The notes beneath the pieces were generated by a model. That model was not told the DNA's origin. It did no database searches and saw nothing but the letters and a program-made list of their open reading frames with translations. From an uncultured delta proteobacterium (GTDB taxonomy: Bacteria; Desulfobacterota; Zymogenia; Zymogenales; Zymogenaceae), in the NCBI GenBank assembly GCA_963735595.1, contig CAVTLK010000004.1:480001-544000 (forward strand): a stretch of DNA of 64,000 nt, in the 5' to 3' direction. Shown here one piece after another: positions 21,701 to 30,518 of the stretch (its first letter is position 1; every line of letters starts with the position of its first letter). A program made the translations under genes and the position numbers.

Positions 21701-22025
21701 TCTTGTCGATCAATTCCTCGGCTCCAGGATGGTAAAGGAGATCGGATCGTCGCGCATTATCGGGAGGGAAGTCCCCGTCCTGGCGAGCAGGGACGGGGTG
21801 ACATTGACCGGGCGGGTCGACATTATTTACGAAACACCGGGTGCAATCGTCGTGTTGGACTACAAGACCGACAGAGTAAGCCCGGAAACCGCGGCCGATG
21901 CGGCCCTCCGCTATAAGGATCAGATCAGAGCCTATGTCGAAACCTTGACAAATGCGGTCAAGCCTGATACATTTGTTAAGGGTGGTGTCTATTTTATCCG
22001 TCCGGGAGTTTTCGTCCAGCTTTAG
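18765..22025 (+). CDS. addA: AddA-like UvrD helicase/nuclease subunit A
   Basis: AGAGTGKT, VDEFQD, VGDPKQSIYRFR, MTIHAAKGLEF, LYVAATRARD, GRVD...DYKT. Confidence 0.9.
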   Translation: MSHKDEKQPFGLAGGVNTAVIAGAGTGKTTRLIGEIIALIERRGVPIERVLAVTFSESAAADMKEKLRDKLFESFTETGDHRFLTAVSSLPRAQISTIHSLARRILVENPFEAGIDPEFTIQEESSDVLLTDEIWRLWAKQVFWGGTEFDDDLMMLLGHMSVEGLKKAALTLASRPDRLENYGSLRIDPGVEKERVEQKLRELSETLSGIDPSADDGDPLYKRLLRVREILALRDLTAICEALKQTSFRRSGGTPKRWRDPGQFETVKRLIDGPGGAIDTLKEAETFPRALEQDAVVQTAIRVISNFVDFFRAEKRRRGILSFFDLIWEAKLLLERDRSIRRRYQNEFDYVLVDEFQDIDPILGDIVLLLAEDGAVSRRPHEVRLKPGKLFIVGDPKQSIYRFREADIGVFFSVMRRIEESGGRIDRLGHNYRSQRHLIAFQNAFFDDYIRHMDDPYTIRYDALDAIVSDAAAADRAPAVRIVDSDPGCVMSAEEVRRAEADFIAREIWEMVEERVEGRVIRSSRGGAPGQYRDIEYRDIAVLFRSLGVSSFYEEAFKRSGIPYFVVGGRGYFQRQEIYDIANILRAVFKPADRRSLVGALRSPAFGIDDLTLYEAARGGALSYLAEGKEGPAGEALAALRRLHASAFRLSLSELLTEIYRSIPIVEVNAFGPGGAQRVGNLMKIQETARALESKGPLTLPAFLKLLTALSLEREDEAEAVVTEEGKNAVRIMTIHAAKGLEFPVVFVVDLGREKRQWDREGVFVDRSGSAVSGARLGPAADFGYAAIRAREDRRFAAEERRLLYVAATRARDRLILVGSGKEKTGHQRALLEFAASPVNGDRPPVTPGGIDHTGDGKYSVVKRPAHISGLFSGPADPTPLEQARKAEAGRSAEYERAVNRKFFGSVTGGKDQQPQTVGPAVASDPEGIGRLVGTLVHEVLSVVDLQGGGLPVGLIERAAAGMGLAADVAESVIGEARPLVDQFLGSRMVKEIGSSRIIGREVPVLASRDGVTLTGRVDIIYETPGAIVVLDYKTDRVSPETAADAALRYKDQIRAYVETLTNAVKPDTFVKGGVYFIRPGVFVQL

Positions 22026-22115
22026 CGCATCACCACGCATCACCACAGCGAGAGAATAAGCCCACCGCGAAAAACGCCCCCCACTATGCGCATAGTCCCT
22101 ATGCAGGAGTACGCT

Positions 22116-23258
22116 ATGAAGAAACTGATCGTATTTTCCCTGACTGCCGTATTGCTGGTTTTTGCTCTCAACTGCCTTGCCGCGGAAACGAAATACATCT
22201 CGGGGGAATCCTACCTCCTCAAGCAGGGTGAGACCGTGGACGGCGACCTGTTCGTCTCCGCCAGCTCCATCCGGATCGAGGGGGTCGTCACGGGGGAGGC
22301 GTTCCTCTTCGGAAGCTCCGTAACGGTGCCCGGGGAGATTGCCGGGGATGCCTTTGTGATCGGCGACAACGTGGACCTCTCCGGCCACTTCGTGACCGAC
22401 GTGAGGGTGCTCGGAAACAGCGTCGACCTGACCGGAACCTTTGACGGCGAGATAAGCGCGGCCGGACGGCACGTCGAGATCACGGGGACGGTTGCGGGCG
22501 TGGTAAACGCGGCCGGCGAGACCGTGAACGCCGGGGGGGCGTTCGCCGACAAGGTAAACATCCACGCGAGGAGGGCCCAGCTGTTACCGGACGCGCGGTT
22601 TGCCAAGGATGTTTCCGTCACGGCCGAGGAATTCATTAAGGCCGACTCCGTGGTAATCGCCGGAAAGCTCAACCAGCTCGTTGGCGAGGGGCTCGCCCGC
22701 GTAAAGGAAAAGGAAGAAGCGGCCGGGTGCTGGGTGGCCCCCATCTTCTGGTTACTCACGCTGTGCGGGATCATCGTCGCCGGCCTCGTCATGCGGGCGC
22801 TCTTCCCGAATCTCGTGGGGAAGGCGGCGGAGCAGGTCTATCACCATCCCCTCCAGGACCTCGGGTGGGGCGTGCTGACGCTGGTGCTTGCGCCTATCTT
22901 TATCCTGCTCCTTGTCGCGACGCTCATCGGGATACCGCTGGCGCTCCTCGTGATCCTGGTCCTCATCGCCGGGCTCTATCTCGGCAAGCTCTTCGTGGCC
23001 GTGGCCGCGGGCGGATTCGTACTGTCCCGCCTGTCCAAGAAGGAGACGTCCTTCTGGGTGAGGCTGGTCGTCGGGGCGCTGCTGGTCTACCTGATCCTGG
23101 CGATACCGGTCCTCGGATGGTTCCTGGCGGTCCTCGTCTACTGTCTCGGCGTGGGGGCCATCGTGAACCTCTTCGTGACATCGCGAAAGAGGCCCGCGCC
23201 CGCGCCGACGAAGGCCCGCGTTGCCACGACCCGTGCGCCCAAAAAACCGGGCGCGTAG
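22116..23258 (+). CDS. Bactofilin-like beta-helix repeat membrane protein
   Basis: Signal peptide; repeated V.I.G.V.GD motifs; C-terminal TM bundle (TLIGIPL, IPVLGW). Confidence 0.8.
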   Translation: MKKLIVFSLTAVLLVFALNCLAAETKYISGESYLLKQGETVDGDLFVSASSIRIEGVVTGEAFLFGSSVTVPGEIAGDAFVIGDNVDLSGHFVTDVRVLGNSVDLTGTFDGEISAAGRHVEITGTVAGVVNAAGETVNAGGAFADKVNIHARRAQLLPDARFAKDVSVTAEEFIKADSVVIAGKLNQLVGEGLARVKEKEEAAGCWVAPIFWLLTLCGIIVAGLVMRALFPNLVGKAAEQVYHHPLQDLGWGVLTLVLAPIFILLLVATLIGIPLALLVILVLIAGLYLGKLFVAVAAGGFVLSRLSKKETSFWVRLVVGALLVYLILAIPVLGWFLAVLVYCLGVGAIVNLFVTSRKRPAPAPTKARVATTRAPKKPGA

Positions 23259-23286
23259 TTCCTTGTAATTTAAGAGATATAACGCC

Positions 23287-23312
23287 GACGGGGGTGATTG
23301 ATCACCCCCGTT
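23287..23312. repeat. 26-bp palindromic repeat, copy 1
   Basis: gacgggggtgattgatcacccccgtt; 11-bp inverted arms; identical to 23505-23530. Confidence 0.95.
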
Positions 23313-23350
23313 CAGACTGCTGCCAAACCCTATTGCATCAATATGAGTAC

Positions 23351-23472
23351 TGTCATTGCGAGGGAGCGTCAGCGACCGTGGCAATCTCGGACGCTGTAAC
23401 TACCAAAAATCACGTTAGTATATAGAACAGTGTCCGAGATCGCCACGCCCCCTTCGGGGGCTCGCGATGACA
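23351..23472. repeat. Short palindromic MITE/REP-like element (GTCATTGCGAG...CTCGCGATGAC)
   Basis: Terminal tgtcattgcgag / ctcgcgatgaca; inner cgtggcaatctcggacgctg / cagtgtccgagatcgccacg; AT-rich loop. Confidence 0.85.
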
Positions 23473-23504
23473 ATCCTTTGGGATTTTTACTTTATCAATA
23501 CACT

Positions 23505-23530
23505 GACGGGGGTGATTGATCACCCCCGTT
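23505..23530. repeat. 26-bp palindromic repeat, copy 2
   Basis: Identical to 23287-23312. Confidence 0.95.
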
Positions 23531-23606
23531 GTTTTTCAGCGTCTTCCGGGCGTTGCACCCCCGGCCATGTCCTACCTGTTAAGGGGAGAAACCGCCTACC
23601 AGTCAG

Positions 23607-24905
23607 TTACGGATATATCCGCCCCATCATCCGCGGAAACGGGATGGCCTCCCGCAGGTGTTCAAGCCCGCAGATCCAGGCCACCGTCCGCTCTATCCCC
23701 AGCCCGAACCCGGAGTGTACTACCGAGCCGTATTTCCTCAGCTCGAGATACCAGCCGTATGCCTCTTCCGGCAGCCCCTCCTCCCGAATCCGGCTCAGCA
23801 GCCGCTCATAGTCGTCTTCACGCTGGGAGCCGCCGATGATCTCGCCGTATCCCTCGGGGGCAAGGAGGTCGGCGCAGAGAACCACGTCTTCCCGCTCGGG
23901 GTGGGCCTTCATGTAGAAGGCCTTCGCCTTTTTCGGGTAATTGATCACGAAGACCGGGCGGTCGAACAACGACGTCAGGACCGTCTCGTCCTCGCCGGTG
24001 AGGTCCTCCCCCCAGACGGCGGGCCTTCCCTTGTCCTTGAGGAGCCGAATCGCGTCGTCATAGGAGATCCGGTCGAAGGGCGCCCTCACGGTCTCCAGGG
24101 GCTTTGTATCACGATCGAGCCTCGCGAGGTCTTCGGCACGGTGTTCGAGGACCCGTCCGACGATATACGAGACGAACTGCTCCTGGAGCCCGATGTTATC
24201 CTCGTTGTCATAGAAGGCTTCCTCGGCTTCCACCATCCAGAACTCAGTGAGGTGGCGGCGGGTCTTGGACTTTTCCGCCCGGAAGGTGGGGCCGAAGCAG
24301 AAGACCTTCTCGAAGGCATAAATCGCCGCTTCGAGGTAGAGCTGGCCCGTCTGGGAGAGGTAGGCCTTGCCGAGGTCAAAGTAGTCGGTGGCAAATAACG
24401 TCCCGGCGCTCTCGCCGATAGCGCCCGTGAGGATGGGGCTGTCGATGTTGATGAAGTCGCGCTCGAAGAAGAAATCCCGGATCGCCCGGATCACCTCGTC
24501 GCGTATTCGCAGGATCGAAAGCTGCCTGCGGGACCTGATCCAGAGATGACGGTTTGAGAGGAGAAAGTCGATGCCGTGGGACTTCGGGCTGATGGGAAAA
24601 TCGACGGAGTCGGATATGACGGCGAGGCTGTCGACGGTAAGCTCCACGCCGCCGGGGGATCGGGGCTCTGAGCGCACCGTCCCGGATATCGTCAGGGCAG
24701 ATTCCTGGCCGATGTGCCCGGCCAGGGCGAAGGCCTCGTCGCCTACGCGCTGGTGCTCCACGACGCACTGCACGATCCCGCTCCCGTCCCGAACGACCAG
24801 AAACCGGACGTTGCCCGTCCCCCGGGTGTTCATCAGCCAGCCGTGAATCGTGACAGTCGTGCCGACATTCTCCGCAAGCGTTCTGATAGGCGTATGGTTC
24901 AGCAT
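23607..24905 (-). CDS. asnS: Asparagine--tRNA ligase
   Basis: YLSQTGQLY.E, FGPTFRAEKSKTRRHLTEFWM.E, GEIIGGSQRE, HSGFGLGIER. Confidence 0.95.
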   Translation of the reverse strand: MLNHTPIRTLAENVGTTVTIHGWLMNTRGTGNVRFLVVRDGSGIVQCVVEHQRVGDEAFALAGHIGQESALTISGTVRSEPRSPGGVELTVDSLAVISDSVDFPISPKSHGIDFLLSNRHLWIRSRRQLSILRIRDEVIRAIRDFFFERDFINIDSPILTGAIGESAGTLFATDYFDLGKAYLSQTGQLYLEAAIYAFEKVFCFGPTFRAEKSKTRRHLTEFWMVEAEEAFYDNEDNIGLQEQFVSYIVGRVLEHRAEDLARLDRDTKPLETVRAPFDRISYDDAIRLLKDKGRPAVWGEDLTGEDETVLTSLFDRPVFVINYPKKAKAFYMKAHPEREDVVLCADLLAPEGYGEIIGGSQREDDYERLLSRIREEGLPEEAYGWYLELRKYGSVVHSGFGLGIERTVAWICGLEHLREAIPFPRMMGRIYP

Positions 24906-25076
24906 GGGGTTCTCCTCGTAACTGGAGAGATTATAGAAAAAGCCGCGGACAAAATCAAGAAACAAATCCCCAACTAAGTTGTTTGACATGGGGGCCGTCC
25001 TTTGATAGAGTAAGTGCCGTTTCTTTTCGATTACCGGGCGTTGATTTTTCCTTTATCAAAAATGCGGAGAGCAGTC

Positions 25077-26202
25077 ATGGCGCAAAAGGCCGGCGGCCGG
25101 CGGCTATCCAACGAGTCGGAAAAACTTACGAAATCCCTCGAAGATCTGGGTAACTTTACCGAGAGCATCGTCGAGATCGTCCAGGACGGGCTGATCACCG
25201 TCGATGATAGCGGTAAGATCCTCTATTTCAACTCGGCGGCCCAGGATATCCTCGGGTATGATCGGAAGCGGGTGATCGGAAAGAATATCGGCACGATCTT
25301 CGGCAAAGAAGACGTCGAGCGAATACTCGCGGGGCGGTTTCGGGCGGGCGAGGCACGGGTAGGTAAGGAGACGACGGTCAAGAAATCCAACGGCGATATG
25401 ATCTCCATCGGGACGAGCACCGCCATCTTTAGCGACAAGGACGGAAACATCCAGGGGCATATTATTACCTTCAAGGACCTCACCGAGATTCACCGGATGC
25501 AGGAGGAGATCCTCAGGATGGACCGCCTGGCCTCCCTCGGCGAGATATCGTCCGGCATTGCCCATGAAATACGCAATCCGCTGGCCGCCATCAAGACAAC
25601 CGCCCAGGCCCTGGAAGAAGAGATGGAGCCGGAAGACCCCAAGCGGGAATTCCTCTCCCGGATTGTAAAAGAGATCGACCGCCTCGATACCATGTTGAGG
25701 ACCTTCTTCTCCTTTGCCAAGCCGAAACGGCCGATGTACATCCGCTGCGACATCAGGGACGTCGTCAAGGAGGTACTCCTGCTGCTCGGCAAAGACATCA
25801 CGAAGAATAAGATCGAGATCGTTGAAAAGTACGCCCCGGATTTACCGGCGGTCCACGGCGATTTCCAGCAGCTGCAGCAGGTTTTCCTCAACCTCTTGCT
25901 CAACTCGGTCGAGTTCATGGAACCGGGCCGCGAGAAAAAGATCTTTATCACCGCGTGGGGAAAGAAAGACAGCCATAAGAAACGAGTTTTAGAGATTTCC
26001 CTTACCGATACCGGCGCGGGTATTGACGACGAGCATATCAATAAAATCTTCGATCCCATTCTTTACCACAACCGCCAAGGGGACCGGCCTGGGCCTCTCG
26101 ATTACGTACCGCATTATCCAGAGGCACGGCGGGTCCATCACGGTAAAGAGCAAATTGGGCCAGGGCACGACGTTTATTATCAATCTACCAACGATCGACT
26201 GA
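25077..26202 (+). CDS. Cytoplasmic PAS histidine kinase (frameshift at ~26056)
   Basis: [27 protein letters not shown]; the shifted frame continues [16 protein letters not shown] to TGA 26202. Confidence 0.9.
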
Positions 26203-26203
26203 T

Positions 26204-27556
26204 ATGACGGTAAAGCCGCGGGTTCTTATAGTCGAGGACGATTCGCTGGTGGCCGATTCCATCGGCCGCGTCCTTATCAGACAGGGATATGACGCGTCGG
26301 CCGTCTCGCAGGGATCGGAGGCAAGAAAGATCCTTGAAGAGAGCGCCGTACACCTGGTGATCCTCGATATTCGCCTGCCCGACATGAACGGCCTGGACCT
26401 GCTGCGGGCGATTCGTGAGGTCGAGCCGGATATCCCGGTGATCGTCATGACCGCCTATACGGACGTGAAGGTTGCAGTGGACGCCATGAAGGCGGGGGCC
26501 ACGGACTACCTCCAGAAGCCGTTTGAGCTTGACGAGCTTAAGGTTATCGTCTCACGGGCGCTCGAAAATTCGCGGCTCAAGGTGCAGCTTACGACCCTGA
26601 AACGAGAGCGCCAGAAGGAGACCCACGATATTGTCGGGACAAGCCCCCAGATATCGGCGGTCAGAGAGCTTATCTCTATTGTGGCCAAGACCCCCCGCAC
26701 CCCGGTACTGGTCACGGGAGAAAGCGGGACGGGAAAGGAGCTGGTAGCCGACGCCATCCACCGGGCGTCGGACCGGGCGGACTGGCCCATGATCAAGATA
26801 AACGTGAGTGCCATCCCCGAGCACCTCATCGAGTCGGAGTTCTTTGGGTATAAAAAGGGGGCCTTTACCGACGCAAAAGAGAACAAAAAGGGACTCTTTG
26901 AGCTGGCTGCCGCGGGTACCCTGTTTCTGGACGAAATCGCGGAGATGAAGCTCTTGCTTCAACCGAAGCTTCTCCGTTTCCTTGAGACGCAAACCTTTAA
27001 TCCGGTCGGAGGTGTGAAGGAAATTGCGGTGGACGTCCGCGTTATCGCGGCCACCAACAAGGACCTCAACCGTCTGGTGGCCGAGGGCAAGTTTCGGGAC
27101 GATCTCTACTATCGCCTCAAGGTTATGGTGATCGAGATGCCGGCGCTGCGTGAGCGCAAGCAGGATATCGAGCTGCTCATCAAGCTCTTTCTCGCAAAGG
27201 CCAACGGGGAGCTGCGCAAGAGCGTCCGGTCTGTCTCGCGGGAGGCTATGGGTATCCTGATGGAGTACGACTGGCCGGGTAACGTCCGTGAGCTGAAAAA
27301 TATGATCGAGAGGGCCGTTATCCTGACCGAGACGGACACGGTGGAGGTATCGGCCCTTCCTATGGAGCTTGTACGGGATACGTCCGTGTTGGGACTGAGG
27401 CAGATCAAGACGCTGGCAGATCAGGAGCGGGACTATATTGTACGGGTTCTCGTATCGGTCTCGGGCAACCGATCCGAGGCGGCACGGCTTCTGGGAATAT
27501 CCCGATCGACGTTGATCGAGAAGATCAAGCGGTACCGGATTGAAAGCGGTGTATGA
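26204..27556 (+). CDS. sigma54-dependent response regulator (NtrC/AtoC family)
   Basis: REC domain, GESGTGKE, GAFTDA, LFLDEI, WPGNVREL, Fis-type HTH. Confidence 0.95.
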   Translation: MTVKPRVLIVEDDSLVADSIGRVLIRQGYDASAVSQGSEARKILEESAVHLVILDIRLPDMNGLDLLRAIREVEPDIPVIVMTAYTDVKVAVDAMKAGATDYLQKPFELDELKVIVSRALENSRLKVQLTTLKRERQKETHDIVGTSPQISAVRELISIVAKTPRTPVLVTGESGTGKELVADAIHRASDRADWPMIKINVSAIPEHLIESEFFGYKKGAFTDAKENKKGLFELAAAGTLFLDEIAEMKLLLQPKLLRFLETQTFNPVGGVKEIAVDVRVIAATNKDLNRLVAEGKFRDDLYYRLKVMVIEMPALRERKQDIELLIKLFLAKANGELRKSVRSVSREAMGILMEYDWPGNVRELKNMIERAVILTETDTVEVSALPMELVRDTSVLGLRQIKTLADQERDYIVRVLVSVSGNRSEAARLLGISRSTLIEKIKRYRIESGV

Positions 27557-27703
27557 TTATAGGACACCCGAAGTGTACGATATTCGGTCACCTTATCAAA
27601 CTCACTTCCGGATAAGGTGCGAACAATTGTTATCATGCCACGTATTATACCGGATTTATTAGTATTTTCTTTAAGGGCCTCCGGGCCAATACGATGCCCG
27701 GCT

Positions 27704-27719
27704 TGGCACTCATCTTGCA
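27704..27719 (+). promoter_or_regulatory. sigma54 (-24/-12) promoter
   Basis: TGGCAC-tcatc-TTGCA, an exact consensus match 27 nt before ATG 27747. Confidence 0.85.
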
Positions 27720-27746
27720 ACTAACATTTATAGAGAGGAGCTTTCG

Positions 27747-28664
27747 ATGGCTGATATAGATAAAATTCTCATCGTCGATGACGAGGAAACGCTCACTTGG
27801 AGCATGTCAAAAAGCCTCTCCAAGGATAAGGATAAGTTCGAGGTAATCGTTGCCAACAGTGGGGAAGACGCCCTTAAGGTACTGGAGAAGGAAAGAATCA
27901 GGCTTGTAATCACCGATATCAGGATGCCCGGTATCTCCGGCCTGGATCTCCTCTCCAAAGTCCGCCGGGAATATCCCGATGTGAAGGTCATTATCATGAC
28001 CGCATACGGATCACCCGACGTTCAGAAGGACGCAAACGTCAGGGGATCGCTCTACTACATCGAAAAGCCGTTTGAGATAAAGGAAATCAGGGAGATGATT
28101 TTGGATTCTCTCAAGGACGAGCGAAAAGGATTCGAGGGACAGCTTCAAGACCTGCTCTTGACCGACGTCATCCAGATGAATTGTCTCGGCAAGGCCCACG
28201 CGTCCCTGACTATCAGGAGCGGCGCCCGGGAAGGAAAGATCTATTTCAAAGACGGCAATATCATACATTCCGAGACCGGCGATATAACGGGTGAAGAGGC
28301 CTTCTACCAGATACTTACCTGGCCCGAGGGAACGTTTTTGGCCAAACGAAATGAGTCCCCCAAGAAGCGCACGATCACCAGCGACTGGCAGTTCCTCATC
28401 ATGGAAGGACTGAGAATCGCCGACGAGGCCTCTCGAACCTCGCACGAGACCGGGGGGGCGGCAGGAAAGATCAGCGAAGAGGTCAAGGAAGATTTTTTTA
28501 TCCACTTTGACCAGGGTTTTCAGTTTCTCCGTGAAAACAAATATAGTAAGGCGCGGAAAGAGTGGGAAAGGGCCCTCGAGATTCAGCCGGATAATGAGAT
28601 GGTAAAGTTTAATCTCAAGAAACTGGCCGAACGGGAAGAGAAGGCCAAGCAGAAGACTGACTGA
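27747..28664 (+). CDS. Response regulator with DUF4388 (PATAN-like) domain and C-terminal TPR
   Basis: REC (VDDE, TDIRMP, KPF); FEGQL..L.L.D.IQ...G.IYF.DG.I.H...W..G.F...LIMEGLR..DE; TPR-like helix pair. Confidence 0.88.
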   Translation: MADIDKILIVDDEETLTWSMSKSLSKDKDKFEVIVANSGEDALKVLEKERIRLVITDIRMPGISGLDLLSKVRREYPDVKVIIMTAYGSPDVQKDANVRGSLYYIEKPFEIKEIREMILDSLKDERKGFEGQLQDLLLTDVIQMNCLGKAHASLTIRSGAREGKIYFKDGNIIHSETGDITGEEAFYQILTWPEGTFLAKRNESPKKRTITSDWQFLIMEGLRIADEASRTSHETGGAAGKISEEVKEDFFIHFDQGFQFLRENKYSKARKEWERALEIQPDNEMVKFNLKKLAEREEKAKQKTD

Positions 28665-28728
28665 AGCGGGACATCCCGCTTGAAACACGATATTTAGTTC
28701 GTGAGATACGACTTAAAAGGAGGCAAAT

Positions 28729-29097
28729 ATGGCCAGCAGGACCGAATCGATGACGAAGATATTGAAAGAACTGCAGAAAGGGACACCCGATATTGAGGCG
28801 TCGGCCATCGTGAGTGTCGACGGCCTGATCATGGCGTCGGCGCTCCCCCAGGACGTGGAAGAAGACCGTGTCGCGGCGATGAGCGCGGCGATGCTCTCCC
28901 TTGGCGAGCGTACCGCTCAGGAGCTCAACCGGGGAAAACTCGACCAGGTCTTTATTCACGGGGTAGACGGCTACGTGCTGCTGATGAACGCGGGCGAGGA
29001 CGCCGTGTTGACCACCCTGGTTACCAAGGATGCAAAACTGGGGCTTATCTTCCTGGACATGAAACGTGCAGTAGACGAGCTGGAAAAACTGGTCTAA
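28729..29097 (+). CDS. Roadblock/LC7 (MglB-like) protein
   Basis: ASAIVSVDGLIMAS, RVAAMSAAMLSLGER, AKLGLIFLDM; AAGGAGG RBS. Confidence 0.92.
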   Translation: MASRTESMTKILKELQKGTPDIEASAIVSVDGLIMASALPQDVEEDRVAAMSAAMLSLGERTAQELNRGKLDQVFIHGVDGYVLLMNAGEDAVLTTLVTKDAKLGLIFLDMKRAVDELEKLV

Positions 29098-29201
29098 TTT
29101 CCCATCCGATGGGACTATCGGGCACGGTTATTCCGTCCCCGTCAGGATCGGCAACCGGGCGTGTACCGATCGAGTTCACAATACGGCGCGGATACGCGCA
29201 T

Positions 29202-29232
29202 AAAAAAGAGGTCTATTCGGCCTCTTTTTTTT
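29202..29232. terminator. Terminator hairpin
   Basis: aaaaaagaggtc-tattc-ggcctctttttttt. Confidence 0.8.
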
Positions 29233-29377
29233 CGGCTGCATCCCCCGGCGAGGCTGAGGATTGTGACACGCGCTGAAGCCGCCCAGACGGCAATACTCGT
29301 GGTTGGGGGTGCGTTGGCATCGCACGGCAGGCCGTTTCGCCCGGGATTTTTGTTCCGCCGTCGCCTGACGGTAAGCC

Positions 29378-29406
29378 TTGACATGCGCACGGCGACGTCA
29401 TATCAT
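29378..29406 (+). promoter_or_regulatory. sigma70 promoter
   Basis: TTGACA-17nt-TATCAT. Confidence 0.75.
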
Positions 29407-29448
29407 TTAAACTGTACACTATGGGCCGTCCTCATCGGCCCGGGCGGC

Positions 29449-30330
29449 ATGGATATGACCGAGCGAAAAAATATCGGGATCATCGGGGCGGGAAAAGTCG
29501 GCACCGCCGTCGGTGTGCTCCTTGGCCGGGCGGGTTATACGATTGCCTTCGTGCACGATATTGATCCCGCGCGTGCCGATGAGGCGGGCCGCGCGATGGG
29601 CGGTGTTACGCCCGTCCTGGACGCCGCCGCCGTAAGCCGGGACGCGGATATCCTCTTTATCACCACGCCCGACCGGCTCATCGGCAAGGTCGCCGACGAT
29701 ATTGCCGGACGGGGCGGTATCAGGGCGGGCCATATCGTCGTGCATATGAGCGGTTCCCTTACCTCGGACGTTCTGGGATCGGTCCGCGATTACGGGGCCG
29801 CGGCCGCGTCGCTCCATCCCCTTCAAAGCTTCGCCGATTTCACTCAAGCCCTCAAGAATATTCCCGGTTCCGTCTTCTGCCTCGAGGGGGATGAGGATGC
29901 GCTCCCCGAGTTGAGGAAGATGGTCACGATATTCGACGGGGTGGAGATCTCGATACCGAAACAAGATAAGGCCCTCTACCATGCAGGCGCGGTAGTTGCG
30001 TCGAATTATCTTGTTACGCTTTTATGGAGCGCGGTCATGCTCCTGGAGTCGGTCGGCATGAACGACGCGACCGCCCTCAAGGCCCTCATGCCGCTCGTGG
30101 AAGGGACGCTCAGCAACAGCAAGGCGCTGGGAGTTCCCGCGGCCCTCACCGGTCCCATTGCCCGGGGAGACGCCACGACGATCGCGGATCATATAGCGGT
30201 CATGAAAGAAAAACGCCCAGACCTCCTCGAGTTTTATCGGGTCATGGGAAGGCTTACGGTAGATGCGGCAAGAAAGAATAAGAGCGCCCCGGAAAGCCTC
30301 CTGAAACAGATCGAGGAGATCCTCGGGTGA
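29449..30330 (+). CDS. Rossmann-like / DUF2520 oxidoreductase
   Basis: GIIGAGKVG, H.SGS, SLHPLQSF, YHAGAVVASN, ALTGPIARGD. Confidence 0.9.
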   Translation: MDMTERKNIGIIGAGKVGTAVGVLLGRAGYTIAFVHDIDPARADEAGRAMGGVTPVLDAAAVSRDADILFITTPDRLIGKVADDIAGRGGIRAGHIVVHMSGSLTSDVLGSVRDYGAAAASLHPLQSFADFTQALKNIPGSVFCLEGDEDALPELRKMVTIFDGVEISIPKQDKALYHAGAVVASNYLVTLLWSAVMLLESVGMNDATALKALMPLVEGTLSNSKALGVPAALTGPIARGDATTIADHIAVMKEKRPDLLEFYRVMGRLTVDAARKNKSAPESLLKQIEEILG

Positions 30331-30518
30331 ATAGGGCGGCCTGACGCCGATACGCCCCGGGAGGACGGGATCTTACCGAAAGAGAGTCTCGGGTCGGGCA
30401 ATAGCGCCCGACCGGCGCTCGCCATCGGGAATGCAGCGACGCCGGGTAGTCCGGATCTCTTCCCGTAGAGACTAACACAGACGTAACAGAGGCGGGGCAC
30501 CGGTCTCCTATTTTATAT

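Noticed and set aside
15605..22025. Nuclease plus helicase pair as a novel defence system
   Set aside because: Gene order, size, Fe-S staple and motifs fit ordinary AddAB recombination genes, with host-like composition.
23287..23530. Two identical palindromic 26-mers as a mini-CRISPR
   Set aside because: Only two copies, with a 192-bp gap far longer than a spacer, and no cas genes.
26040..26207. Programmed ribosomal frameshift in the kinase or the other split genes
   Set aside because: No slippery heptamer or stimulatory structure is evident; homopolymer indel error explains all five cases more simply.
30331..30518. Possible structured ncRNA or riboswitch in intergenic gaps (also 9365-9684, 12297-12534, 13600-13800, 29098-29370)
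   Set aside because: Only isolated GC hairpins and no family consensus I can recognise; an Rfam/Infernal scan would be needed.
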